From positions 124,001-188,000 of the forward strand of contig JASVEC010000001.1 in assembly GCA_030770535.1 (NCBI GenBank): a stretch of 64,000 bases of DNA. The letters are read 5' to 3'. The notes beneath the pieces were generated by a model. The model was not told the DNA's origin. It made no database searches and saw nothing but the letters and a program-made list of their open reading frames with translations. Made by a program: the position numbers and the translations under genes. Origin of the DNA: Batkoa obscura. Taxonomy: Eukaryota. This document shows positions 1-11,971 of this stretch, piece after piece. Every line of letters begins with the position of its first letter. The stretch's first letter is position 1.

Positions 1-348
1 CCAAATTTTCAGTTATTTTTGCAAGATAAGCTGGGGTTGATCTTTTAATTTTTGTATTTTCTATAAACTCTATAACTTTAATTGTAATTATATCGCTTTT
101 TTTTTATCTATCAGATACTGGATAGTAATGTAGTTTATTATCATGTTTAACAAAATGTAAATACTTTTTAATACCTTGTATTATTATTATTATTTTTGTA
201 TCTTTGTTTCTTCTATACTTTTTAAAAGTTATATATGGGGGTGTTTTCCCATTATTGACAGTTGAGTTATTAACTCTATTATGTTCACAAATAAAAATCT
301 CAAATTTTGAAATTAATTGATTAATATCTTCTATTTTACCTAATGCTT

Positions 349-810
349 TGTGAAATATTGCTTTATTTAGCTCTCGGATTGATTATAACGTAACAATCAC
401 TTAAGTTGCTGTGTTCTCAAGTTCAAATACAATCAAATCAGAGTCCCTTATTTTGATTTGCTGCGAGAATTTCTAACTTCATATTGTAAAGAATATTATC
501 TCCTTTTAATATCCATACTTATTGGAGTATAAAAGAGATTCTTCAATATGATAACTCGAGGCTTTTTAACTGAATTACTCCCTGATATCGTACTATTAAT
601 AAAGCCACTAAGTCTTTCTGAAAACGTCTTACGTAGATTTTACAGTAGTATTTTCTATTCTATTTGTTTTACATAGTTCGTAACTTATTACGTATTATTC
701 CTATTCATTTAAGTCTATCTTAGTTATATAAAGTAAGACCGTTCGACTCAAGGCAAGTTAATCAACCAAGAACTGCTTTTAACTCCTACCACTGAGTACC
801 AACTTTCACA
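349..810. mobile_element. Dispersed repeat with TGTGAAA...TTTCACA ends (solo LTR or TIR element remnant); first ~195 bp shared with 56409-56604
   Basis: 349-544 aligns by eye to 56409-56604. Starts TGTGAAA, TTTCACA ends at 810; internal TATAAAA and AATAAA. No TSD seen. Confidence 0.55.
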
Positions 811-871
811 TTTTCTACTTAAATAGCACTTGAGAAACGGAAAAAGTGATGAAGCCAAAAAAAACATCCTC
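811..871 (+). mobile_element. Truncated copy (right half) of the ~99-bp MITE family
   Basis: aaatagcacttgagaaacggaaaaagtgatgaagccaaaaaaaacatcctc followed by ATAT matches the right half of the family. Confidence 0.8.
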
Positions 872-1232
872 ATATAATGTTTACATACTTAATGTACAAT
901 TTAGTTATAATCTGTTAAAACTTTTGATTGTAGTTGGCCAAGAATAACAAAGAAAATCAGTAATCCTAATAGAATTGAAATTTGGGCTAAAAATAATAAA
1001 GTTGTATTAGAAATTAAAGTACCAAATGTAAATATAAAGGTATTTTTGTTTAGTATAAAAAGTCCTAAAGTTTACATAAATATAAAAAAGTTATATTATT
1101 TAACTTTATACAAGGGCATCTATTTCTTATTTTCACTGGAGTATGTTTTCCACTGAATTGGACTGCATGTTACAAAAATTATAAATTAAAGAGGGTTTTT
1201 TGTTGATTAAAAACTCTTATAAATTACCAGAA

Positions 1233-2476
1233 TTACAAAGTTTTAATGAATTTTGAATATTGAACAGGATTTCGCCCTTCTACATCATGATAAATATTAT
1301 CATGATCCTTTTTAAATTTGTCATTTTTTACATCGTCTAAATCAAAGGCATCGTCATTATAGTCTAAAAAAATAAGATGTTAGTTGATTCATCTCGCCAC
1401 TTAATATTATATTACCTGTTTTAGTTGATTCATTTTGTTTCTTCCCAATTCTAAAGTATATTACCTTAAATGCTTGATGTATAGTTGGATCACAAAAGAA
1501 AGCAATAAAGTTAAGGGTCCCTAGTAAACCACCAGTAATAAATGAAAAAGCTTTTAAGTCTAAAGATTCAAAGTTTGCGAGATCATAAGCTGATTGACTT
1601 AATACATTTCCAAGATTAACAATAATCATGATTACTGGGTATAATAAGCTAAATATAAAATGTTAATATATATCAAATAAAAAATGAACTTAATATTACA
1701 TCCTTGAAGTTAGCAAACGAATGTTTTTTGTCATTTCAATTGAATTACTAGCATCCATAGCTACTTGATGCTCTTTTATTAAATTAGATCCTCGGAATAA
1801 TTTTATCAATACTAAAATTACAACGGCTAATAAATAAGCCATGCTGATAATTATTACTAAATTGCTAGCATAAAAATCAAGTAATCTAGAATAATTTTCA
1901 TCATCCGTTGCAAAATAGCAAGCATTAAATTTACTATACCCAAGGGCTCCAATAGCTGTGTAAAAGTCTCATTAGTACAATTTTATAAATAAAGTATTTG
2001 TATATGCTACCTAATGGTGGTATAGTAATTACAAGTGTGAGTAAAACAGATACGATCCAATACGCAGTTTCGATTTTTTTAGTTATATTAATGCCATGTA
2101 TAAAAACTAGCTGTAAGTTAATTCCAATAGCTACGTTAAGAAAAGCATAAAATAAAGGAAAAGCTAACGATTGATAAGCAATAAAGGTGCATAGCGGTGA
2201 GCCTCTGTAGTTGTTTCCTCTAGTCCATAACGGAAAAGTATGAGCCCAGATGTCATAGCATGAGATGACAGTTTGTAGTCTAAGAGACACCCTATCCACT
2301 AACTTACGATCATAAATTGCTATTAATTAAAATAAGATATTATATTTAAACAGTATGATTAAATTACTTAATCCGATCATTACTACTACAATCACACATG
2401 CCAAAGATAAAGAAACTATGGCTACCTTTGGAAACACTTCTTTCATTATATATCTTGCATTGGAAACTCCACTCAT
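1233..2476 (-). CDS. 7TM GPCR-like membrane protein (family 1, cAMP-receptor/Git3-like architecture), about 5 exons
   Basis: ATG at 2476; GT-AG introns join ORFs 1934-2299 and 1357-1629. Motifs IYDRKLVDRVSLRLQT, PLC, AIGINLQLVFIH, LYPVI, GTLNFIAFFCDP; ends FIKTL*. Paralogous to 6255-7473. Confidence 0.8.
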
Positions 2477-3080
2477 CTTTAGTTGAAAAATTAGATAAAT
2501 TAGATAACCTTTTAAATCAAACTATACACAATATTCTTATATAGTGCACTTTTATATATAGTGCTTTGAATTATTAAACCTGTTTTCAAGCAGCATGAAA
2601 TTTTGTTCTGTTTCATTTTCATATTTTTCATCAAAAGTCAACATACCATCTTAAAAGTATAATTTAAAGCTTTTTATCCCTTAGTCTATATATGTTTGTA
2701 AGTTTTGATATGCAAGTAAATTTAAAACAGCAATGCGTTTTCAGCAGACTCATAGTACACAACTATATTTCATCAATCATTTATAAAATAGTCATCTTTA
2801 TAAATAAAAATAGAAATAAACTTCTTATAGCCCTTACAATAATAAAATCTTATATTGAACTCCATATTGGTGTGGAAAAAAAACTAGATATTGTTTGAGG
2901 CAATATCTAGCTTGTATTAAAGGTATATAAAATACATATAGTATAAGTAAACCATATAAAATTTTCCATATTGCTATTTTGAACATTTAGCAAAACTAAA
3001 GATGGTTCCAGTCATAGCAATCTTTGAAACTTTTGGATCAAAGTAAAATTCCTAAATGTGGCATAGTAGCATCAACATAT

Positions 3081-3179
3081 GGGGATGTATTTTTTTGTTT
3101 AAGAATTTTACTAGCAGTTTTTCCACTCAAATAGCGCTTAAAAAATGGAAAAAGTAATAAAACCAAAAAAAACACCCCC
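3081..3179 (+). mobile_element. ~99-bp MITE, TSD ATAT
   Basis: GGGGATGTATTTTTTTG...CAAAAAAAACACCCCC flanked by ATAT/ATAT. Confidence 0.9.
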
Positions 3180-4313
3180 ATATCGAAACAGATAATGAAA
3201 AATCTGGTATTATATATATATATATTGCTATCTTTACGCTTTTATATTTTTGGAAATATATTAAATAGTACCTAGTAATTGGAATACCGGATTTTTAAAA
3301 TTCAAATACTTAGTTTAAGATCTTAAGGCTTTAAGCCGAAGCTTATTAAAAATATACTTCCTCGAATGAACAATATCATACAAATCTAAAGCAAAGATTC
3401 ATTTTCATGAGTAACCAAAAGAGTACACTATTTTAGTAGCACTATTTATATTATCTTTATCTTTTAAAATTAAGAAATTACATGTTATTTTTATGAGATA
3501 ATATGTTTATGCTAGATGATTTATTTTTATATTATTTTTAAAAATTCAAAGGGATAGAATTCCGCAATAGGAGCTTGATTTAGTTACTTTTTCATTAGCG
3601 AACCGTGGTGCCACAATTTAATGTATATAAATTTAACGTTATAAATCATATGGACCAATTTCCATCGTCTAGAATATTTCTATTTTTTACTAGTTTACAT
3701 TATAAAAATTAGAACATGTAACCAATTTATCTAGCACCGTATTTTTGCTAATTGGAACATCTACAGACGTCAAAGCTGAAATGAATACACCTTAGGCTTA
3801 ACTTGACTTCTATGTAGAATTGCAAATTGAATGATTTCTCAAATGTTTGTAACTTAAATCAATTTTTAACATCTTGTACAGTGCTAATATAAATTGCCCC
3901 AAAAATCAAAGCACTCAACTTTGAATGCTCATTTGTTAATAAAAGTAATTAAAAAGGGCTGCTTTTTTTAGGAAACTACTAAAATCATAGCATCTTTTGC
4001 TAACTTCACTACAAAATTCAATACAGCCAATCAAATGGTTGAATTCAATTGTTTAATTTTACAGTTATTAAAGTGAGAAATGGAGGTTTTGAGTTGTTTC
4101 AGCACGGTTTAGCAAATATTTTGCACTAGATATTGAAAATATATTCGTTTTAACAAACTTGCCTTAAGCTTTGTAAGTAAAAATCGCTTCTTTAATTATA
4201 TAATAACTTTTAATGTAATATCCTGTGCTAGATATAAAAACTAGTTAATAACTTTGATTAACATATTTAATATATAGTAATATTTTTTATTTAAATTAAA
4301 TTAAAATTTTTAT

Positions 4314-4387
4314 ATTTTTATTTTTATTTTTATTTTTATTTTTATTTTTATTTTTATTTTTATTTTTATTTTTATTTTTATTTTTAT
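4314..4387. repeat. (TTTTTA)n microsatellite
   Basis: About a dozen tandem TTTTTA units. Confidence 0.9.
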
Positions 4388-4533
4388 ATTTAAATATTTT
4401 TTTTATTAAAAAGCAAAAATGTTTAATAGCTTTAAATTATTTTATTACAATACGTATTATAGATTGGCAGAATTTCTATTAAATTTAATAAAAATTACTA
4501 TATTAAGAAAGGTTTTACTAATGTAATTTATAT

Positions 4534-4630
4534 GAGGATGTTTTTTAGCTTCATCACTTTTTCCGTTTCTCAAGTGCTATTTAAGTGGAAAAATTGTTAG
4601 TGAAATTCTTAAACACAAAAATACATCCCC
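4534..4630 (-). mobile_element. ~99-bp MITE, TSD ATAT
   Basis: Reverse-complement copy GAGGATG...CATCCCC flanked by ATAT/ATAT. Confidence 0.9.
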
Positions 4631-4750
4631 ATATGTTCAGATGGATCAAACTGGAAATGGGGTACTTAGTTTCTATATTATAGCACGATACAAAACATAA
4701 ACACTCTAATATTTTCAAACATAAAGTGCTTATTTATACTCACATTTGAT

Positions 4751-4780
4751 GAAGGTGAAGGTGAAGGTGAAGGTGAAGGT
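4751..4780. repeat. (GAAGGT)5 microsatellite
   Basis: Five exact GAAGGT units. Confidence 0.9.
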
Positions 4781-6254
4781 ATCAGGACAAAATCTTTGAT
4801 ATGTTGCAGGACGTTTTTTAAAATACTATATCAAATTACAAGGCTAATCAAAAAGTTTTTAATTAGTCACTGGATTTTTTAAAGTGATTATGCTAGGGAG
4901 CCTTTCTAAGGATATTAAACTAAATTTGATACTAAGAGATGTTATAAGTGATTTTGAATTTTGGATCTTGATAGTACAAACTAAAAATTCTTTTAAAGGT
5001 TGAGACTTTAAATACTCATTACAAGTGTTAGTTTTATAGATATTAAATTATTAATGGATAAATGCTAATATAAAATTGCTAAATTTGAGTATAAACGGAG
5101 TTTAGATATGTGTCCTAACTTTTGTACAAAATTTCAAGGTATAGATTATATTACTTTCAATGATTTCAAGCAATTGAATAGACAGGTTGTCAACTATCCT
5201 CTTTAATTGTGGATTTTAATCATATCAGATTCTGTATAAACATAAACTGCTTTAATGTTAGATTATATTGATAAAGTGAAATTGTAGTATGTTTTATTAT
5301 TTTAATTGATTTCAAGTAGACTTAACATGTTAACTTGGTATGGCTAACTAGGCTTAACAGGTATGTTTTTTTTGGAGAACATATGCCTAAGGAAGCAGCT
5401 TTTCTATTACATTAGCAAAATGCATATCCCTAAACAGTGATATTCTTTTCTAATCTATATTGTTCTTTAACCATTTTAAGTTTTTTGAATATATATTATG
5501 CATCATGATAAATTTAAGCATAAATTTCTATTCTTTCATAAATTTCAAAAGTTCTGTTCCCAAAGATGAATGTCTAAATATATAATTAATGAAAGCTACT
5601 TAATCAAGTTTTGTAAATAAAATATATAACAAATTTGATAAGAACTGTGAAATGAAATCATTTGATGTGGTTTTTTCTAAAATACACTATTATGCCAAAC
5701 AGCCGAAGCACTACTTCAAAAAAGGTAAGAAATAAAATTCTATACAGCACCATTACATTTTCTATAATATTTTGATTTTCCAATACTACTCACACTGCTT
5801 TTACGTTTTTTTTTCGAAAGTAGACATAAGTAATAAATATACAATATATTTTAAACCGAAGCTACTAAAAAAGTTGGTACTTGTAGACTTAGCCGATAAC
5901 TACTCATATACCTAGAGCCAATAAGTTATATACTCGATATTGCCAATCAGAACTAATTTGTCAAACTAAAATTCCAAAATTGAAATTAAAGCTAGTTTCA
6001 AAAAAAATTGACTGTAAATTCTTTTAAAAAAATAACATGATAAAGAAACAAGTTTGCCAAAATTAATACAGGTTATATATCAATATAGAAGTATTTGGGA
6101 TCATCAACCCAAAATAATCTCAGGAGTATAAATACTTGACTTAATTTATAAATTTATTAATATTATTCCATTAACACAATATATCTATTTAATACTATTA
6201 TAATAAGCTTTTATAACAAATAATTGATTTTTTGACCATACTATTAAACAAGAT

Positions 6255-7473
6255 ATGGACACTACTCCTTTTCAAACTTATTTAACGAAAAAATATGTCC
6301 CAGTTGCTTCTTATTTATCAGCGTCCTTAGCAGCACTTGTGATTATCTTTATGATTGGAATGTGTATGTCTTCGTTATTTAGTTGTACTATTTATCTAAT
6401 CACTTTTTAGCTATTTATGATCGTAAGTTAGTAGATCGGGTTTCCTTGAGACTCCAAACTGCACTGGCAGCTTATGACTTTTGGTTACATACCGGGTCGT
6501 TGTGGAAGACCCCTTATGCAAAAGGTCCAGGACCACTTTGCGTTTTTTTTGGATGGAATATGGTATCGTTTACGTTATTTTACTTCTTCATAAATGTATC
6601 CATCGCTGTAAACCTCCAACTTGTATTCATTCATAATAAGCAGATCACTAGAACAATCGAAACTGCATATTGGATAGTCCCAGCAATACTCTCCCTTATA
6701 ATTACAATCCCTCCACTTGGTAACTTTGTTATTGTAACAATAATAGAATCATTAACTCATAAGATTAGCTTTAGGAAGATTCGGCTGGTATTCTTATGGC
6801 GGCTGTTATATGACTGCGCCTGATGGAGATGAGTATCAGATGAAAATGCTAGATTTCTTTGGTGTTCAACTTTGGAGATCATTATCACTTATATATCTTA
6901 TAGTTATAGTTATACTAGTATTTATGAAATTAGTTCGTGGGGCCGCATTAGTTGATTCCAACAGGCTAAATATGGATCCAGAGTTTTCACCAAAGGCTAC
7001 AAAATCCATAAGGTTATTGGGCTATAGAATGTATTAATTTATTTTTCAATTTTATATGTAATTAAATTTTAGATTATTATATCCTGTAGGAGTACTGATT
7101 GCCTACTCCGCTGGAATTATATCCCAAATCTATTATGATTTTGTTGATGGAGCTAGCCCTGCTTTGGATGCACTTTCTTTTATCACGTATCCTCTTGGTG
7201 GAACATTAAACTTTATTGCTTTTTTTTGTGATCCTACAGTCCACAATGCAATTACAGTTGTCTACGATAGAATTAAAAATAAATCAACTGTGACAAAAGA
7301 TGATGGTATGCTTTTACTTGTTTAATTATACAAACTAAAATATTTTAGATAATCAACTCAGCGTGGAAATGGGCAGAGTTGATTCGAATTTAAAAGACAA
7401 TAAAACTAAGTACGGGTTCGAAAGTGGCTACGAAAATAATCAAGCACTTGCTACTTTGTTGAAATCTTTGTAA
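6255..7473 (+). CDS. 7TM GPCR-like membrane protein (family 1), about 5 exons
   Basis: ATG 6255 (MDTTPFQTY...), same intron positions as 1233-2476. Motifs DRVSLRLQT, AVNLQLVFIH, LYPVG, GTLNFIAFFCDP; ends LLKSL*. Confidence 0.8.
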
Positions 7474-8739
7474 ATACATTTTTGAATAATAAACTTATTA
7501 TTGATTTCAAAAGCTGTTCTAATATTTTTACTAACAAATCTATTGTATGAGGTGATATAGTCAATATAATCTCATAAGGATGTAATGAAATAATGTTGTT
7601 AATTCGAAGCTATTTTTTGTAACTTTCATTTCTAAAAGCTAGCTTAATTTTAAGTTAACTTTCCTTTTATGATATTGTTGAAGTTATGAAGTATAAAGAT
7701 GTGAACAAATAAAAAATAAAAAATAAAAAATAAACATCTAGATCTGAAGTAACCTTGCAAGCCTCTATTTTTTTGAAACTCTTAAAGCCATTCAATTCTT
7801 TAAGGGTAGTTTTTCCGTCGCAATACTGGAACTACATATGATATAGTTTGGTTATGGCTTTTTACTGATATAACATTAGTAATGTTTGATAAAAGAAAGT
7901 TCACATTAATTCATTCATCGGCTTTGGTCATGCTACTATCAGCTTACCCCAAGTCACGATGTCACATTTTTTTGAAAAAACAAACGAGTTAAATTTGAGA
8001 TAATTTTTGGTTTTTTTCTACTGTAGACCTATCTTTGTTCTTGTTATACCACAATTCCTAAAGTTATTTTTATATCAAATAAAACCTGTTTTTGATTAAG
8101 AACATTTTGTTATTTTTTTCAATTTTATTAATTTATTTTCATTAGGAATATATTTGGATGAAACATGTTCAATGTTTTAAAGTTACATAGTTTTTATAAA
8201 TTGAGTACAAACCATAGCTAAAATATTTTTTTAAATTTTATTTAGTTAAACTTAATACCAGACTTATGTTTTTTCAAATAGTCTATTTCACTGCAATTTA
8301 CCTGTAATTAATAACCATCGTCTACTTTATCATTTGGTGCATTAATTTTGCAAATAAGCTGGGCTATCTAAAATATACTATTATAGTACCCTTTTTAATA
8401 AGCAAACATAAACAGCTTTTTACGCTATAAAAACGAAAATTGTTAAAACTTCCTTTTTTATTTTTACTCTTTTCTTATACAAGCAACTACTAATTTTAGG
8501 CATTTACTTTCCTATAAATTTATGTATACATTCCTCTAAACTCTACAAATTATTTATTTTGTCCGCAAAACAGGATGGTCATAAGCAAACGGTGACTTTT
8601 ACCACTCTACCTATTTTATCAACATCTTCCAATGATATTATTATTCTTATACTTATAATTTTTTATAACACATCATTGAATTTGTTCTCTAATTCCTTAG
8701 AGAAGTTTTCCAGTGACATTGGTTTGTAAAATATGGTAT

Positions 8740-8838
8740 GGGGATGTATTTTTATGTTTAAGAATTTTACTAACAATTTTTCCACTTAAATAGCGCTTAA
8801 AAGATAGAAAAAATAATGAAACCAAAAAAAACATCCTC
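8740..8838 (+). mobile_element. ~99-bp MITE, TSD GTAT
   Basis: GGGGATG...CATCCTC flanked by GTAT/GTAT. Confidence 0.9.
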
Positions 8839-9344
8839 GTATAAAACCTGTTTTTTAATTAAAACTTTGGTAGATTTAAGCCTAGTTTTAAAGTGTAATG
8901 AAATAGATGTATTAAACGCATCATGTTCCTACTTTCATAGAGCAAAATAGTTTATATTTATGTTGTGTTTTATGTATAGCAATGGGGGTTCCTGTTACCA
9001 CTTTGATGATTTTAATGAAATAATTTATCATTTAATACTTCTACAACCTTTGTGCATTATTGTTTTAACTGGTTTGTATTTAGTCTACAAATGTAACATT
9101 TGGTACTTGGTTAGATGCAATAAATTTAACTAAAATGCTATCACAGTATTTTAAATTCTATAAACTACTGTTTTAACTGTGATGTAATATATATAATTTT
9201 ATTTATTCAAATATTACTACATAGCATAGCCCTTTAATTATGTGGATTTTTATGCTATAAATATAACTAAAGTATAGAGGTTAAAAAAATAAACTAAAAT
9301 AAAAAAAGTTCAAATTAACATTGCTTTTATCTTATATTATGTAT

Positions 9345-9439
9345 AATGATGTTTTTTTTGGCTTCACTTTTCCATCTTTTAAGCGCTATTTGAGTGAAAA
9401 AATTGGTAGTAAAATTCTTAAACACAAAAATACATCTCC
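9345..9439 (-). mobile_element. ~99-bp MITE (decayed terminus)
   Basis: Reverse copy, flanks GTAT/ATAT; sits just upstream of the family-1 pseudogene. Confidence 0.85.
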
Positions 9440-9499
9440 ATATAACTTGATTTAAAAGTGAAATTATATAAGTAAAAAGTAAACTTATTTATTATTTTT

Positions 9500-10678
9500 T
9501 AAAAGCGGGACCTAGCCCTTCTGAAGTATACTTGTCTGAATAATTTATTCTAATTGTATATTACATATCATCGCGATTACTATTGCTGGTGATTATATTT
9601 ATAATTGGAATGTGTGAATCCATTATTTTTTAATATTATTTAAGCCCAACTTATTGTAGCCATATACCATCGCCAACTTGTAAATAGAGTATCTTTGAGA
9701 TCACAAACTGCGTTGACAACCTATGACTTTTGGTTGCATATAGGACCACTTTGCTCTTTTTTTGGGTGGGCCACAATAATATTTGCGTTATTCTATTCCT
9801 TCATGAATATATCTATTGCTGTAAACCCCCAGCTCATATTCATTCATAATAAATCAATTACTAAAAGAATGAAAGCTATGTACTGTGTAGCTCCTGTATT
9901 TTTTTCGCTTTTGATTACACCTCCTGCACTTGCTAGATTTTTTATAGACACATAATTGAATTTGCTAACTCATAAAACTAGCTTTAGAAAAATTCGGTTG
10001 GAGTGGTTACGCCAGTTGTTATTTACCCGCAGCTAAGGGAGAAGAATGTCAGATGAAAACGTTGGATTTTTTTGTGTTTAACTTTGGAGACTATTAGCAC
10101 TTACCTATCTCATTGTTGCCATTACTATTTTGTTTATGAAATTAATTCCAGAAACTGCATTAATTGACATCAATAGACTCAACAAGGATACTAAATTTTC
10201 ATCAAAAGCATTCAAGACCATTAAGCAATTAGGCCACAGAATGCATTACTACTAATTTTTTTGTTTTTTCAAAGTTACTAAATTTTTAGATTGCTATATC
10301 CTATAGTAATGTTAATCGCTTACTTTTCTGAGGTTATATCTCGGATTCACTACAATTTTAATGATAAGCCTAACTTTATCTTAGATCCGTTAACTTATGT
10401 TACTTACCCATTAGCTGGTACATTAAACTTTATTACCTTTTCTTGTGATCCTACAGTTTATAATTCGATTAAAGTAGCTTACTATAGGATTAAAGATAAG
10501 TTGAATGATATAAAAGGGGATGGTATGTTTATTATTTGATTTATTTTTATAAACTCATAGCTTTTAATTTATTAAGATAATATGAAAATGTATGGCATCA
10601 CCTCGGATTTAGAAGTTGGAAATAGTGGTGATAATTACAAAAAGAATTCTGTTAATAATGAAGAATTTGTCATCTAAT
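9500..10678 (+). pseudogene. Pseudogene of 7TM family 1 (tandem duplicate of 6255-7473)
   Basis: Homologous segments (NRVSLRSQT, AVNPQLIFIH, LYPIV, GTLNFITFSCDP), but no ATG at the homologous position, in-frame TAA in exon 1, an internal deletion and decayed splice donors. Confidence 0.75.
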
Positions 10679-11464
10679 TAAATCCTTGTAATATGAATTT
10701 TATAATAGAAACTGTTTAAAAAGTACATTTATTACGCTATTATTTTCCTAAGCTAATGTCATTAAGCCAATGTAAATTATTGAAATAGCATGATGACTGT
10801 TTGTGTAAAAACATAAAATCATGTGTATTTTAATTATTAGTTTGACTTTTGGAATATTGTTTAGTGTATTTAGTTTTAAAAAACAATTAGGTAGTTTCTT
10901 CTAGTGAAGTTATTGATAATAAAATAAATACTAACAGTAAGGAAAATATCTGTATGTTATATATATTTGTATCAAATGTAACTAGAGCTTGCTTTATTTT
11001 GAACTCCTTAAAATATACTCAACCTTTTTGATGAAATTTTTTTTTAATTTGATATTGGAACTATAAGGGATAGAAGCTAATTCGAACTCCTTACTTATAT
11101 ATTCGTAATAAGGAAGTAGATCGAAGTTGTACATCAGCGTTATTCATTGTATTTGGTCATCCAATCACTACTTTAATCCAAACCATAGTACTACCCCTTT
11201 TCCAACTATGTGTTATTGTAAGATGCCACATTATTAAAAGCTCAGTACCTTATAGTTTATATTTGAGTTATTTTTCTACCTCTATTATCAAATTCAACTT
11301 CTCACTAGTCTCGTTTTAGTCTAATTTTTAAACCTATTATCAAGAGCATGACTAGCTAGAAAAATCTTTACTTTTTAACCAAATCATATTATTACTTTTA
11401 ATTAGCTGTAGTAATAAATTAGTAATTTTTGAAATTATATCCAAATCAAATATACCTTTTTTGA

Positions 11465-11760
11465 GGTCGTTTGGCATAGCTGTAGCTAGCTATTGCCATT
11501 CAGTCTCAACTACGGGTTCAAACCCCATGACTGTAGCAATTATGAGTATTTAGCTACTGTATGATTGTTTATGGAATATGGTTATACTCGTAAATTAGCA
11601 TCCTATAAGTTGGTGGTTATCCAAGTATAAGTGCTATTCAAGCTAATGGATATTTGTTAGCTATAGTTAAACTACTAGTATATCTTCTAGTAATGTCCTT
11701 GTTTAAGATGTTTGGACAAGCAGTAGTCTACAGTGGGTTATTCTGTAGACTTAAATACAA
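11465..11760 (+). mobile_element. Candidate tRNA-derived SINE
   Basis: A-box-like TGGCATAGC and B-box-like GGTTCAAACC in a tRNA-sized head; 3' hairpin AGTCTACAG/CTGTAGACT then TAAATACAA. Single copy in the window. Confidence 0.4.
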
Positions 11761-11971
11761 GTTTATACTGAATTAAGTACAGCTTGGGAAGTCCTATGGT
11801 ATTTTTATTAAATACCATAGGGCTTTTTATATTTAATTTGTATAAAAGTTTTGTTAAAATAAGAACAATAATGCTGTTATTTTTTTAAAATCATTAATAG
11901 ATCATTATGAATAAAGAGTAATAACGTAAATAATAAAATAGTATAACTAATAAATAAAAAAATAACTTTAT

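Noticed and set aside
3600..4263. Possible decayed minus-strand gene with a faint F-box-like start
   Set aside because: Multiple stops and no convincing motif; cannot be supported without a search.
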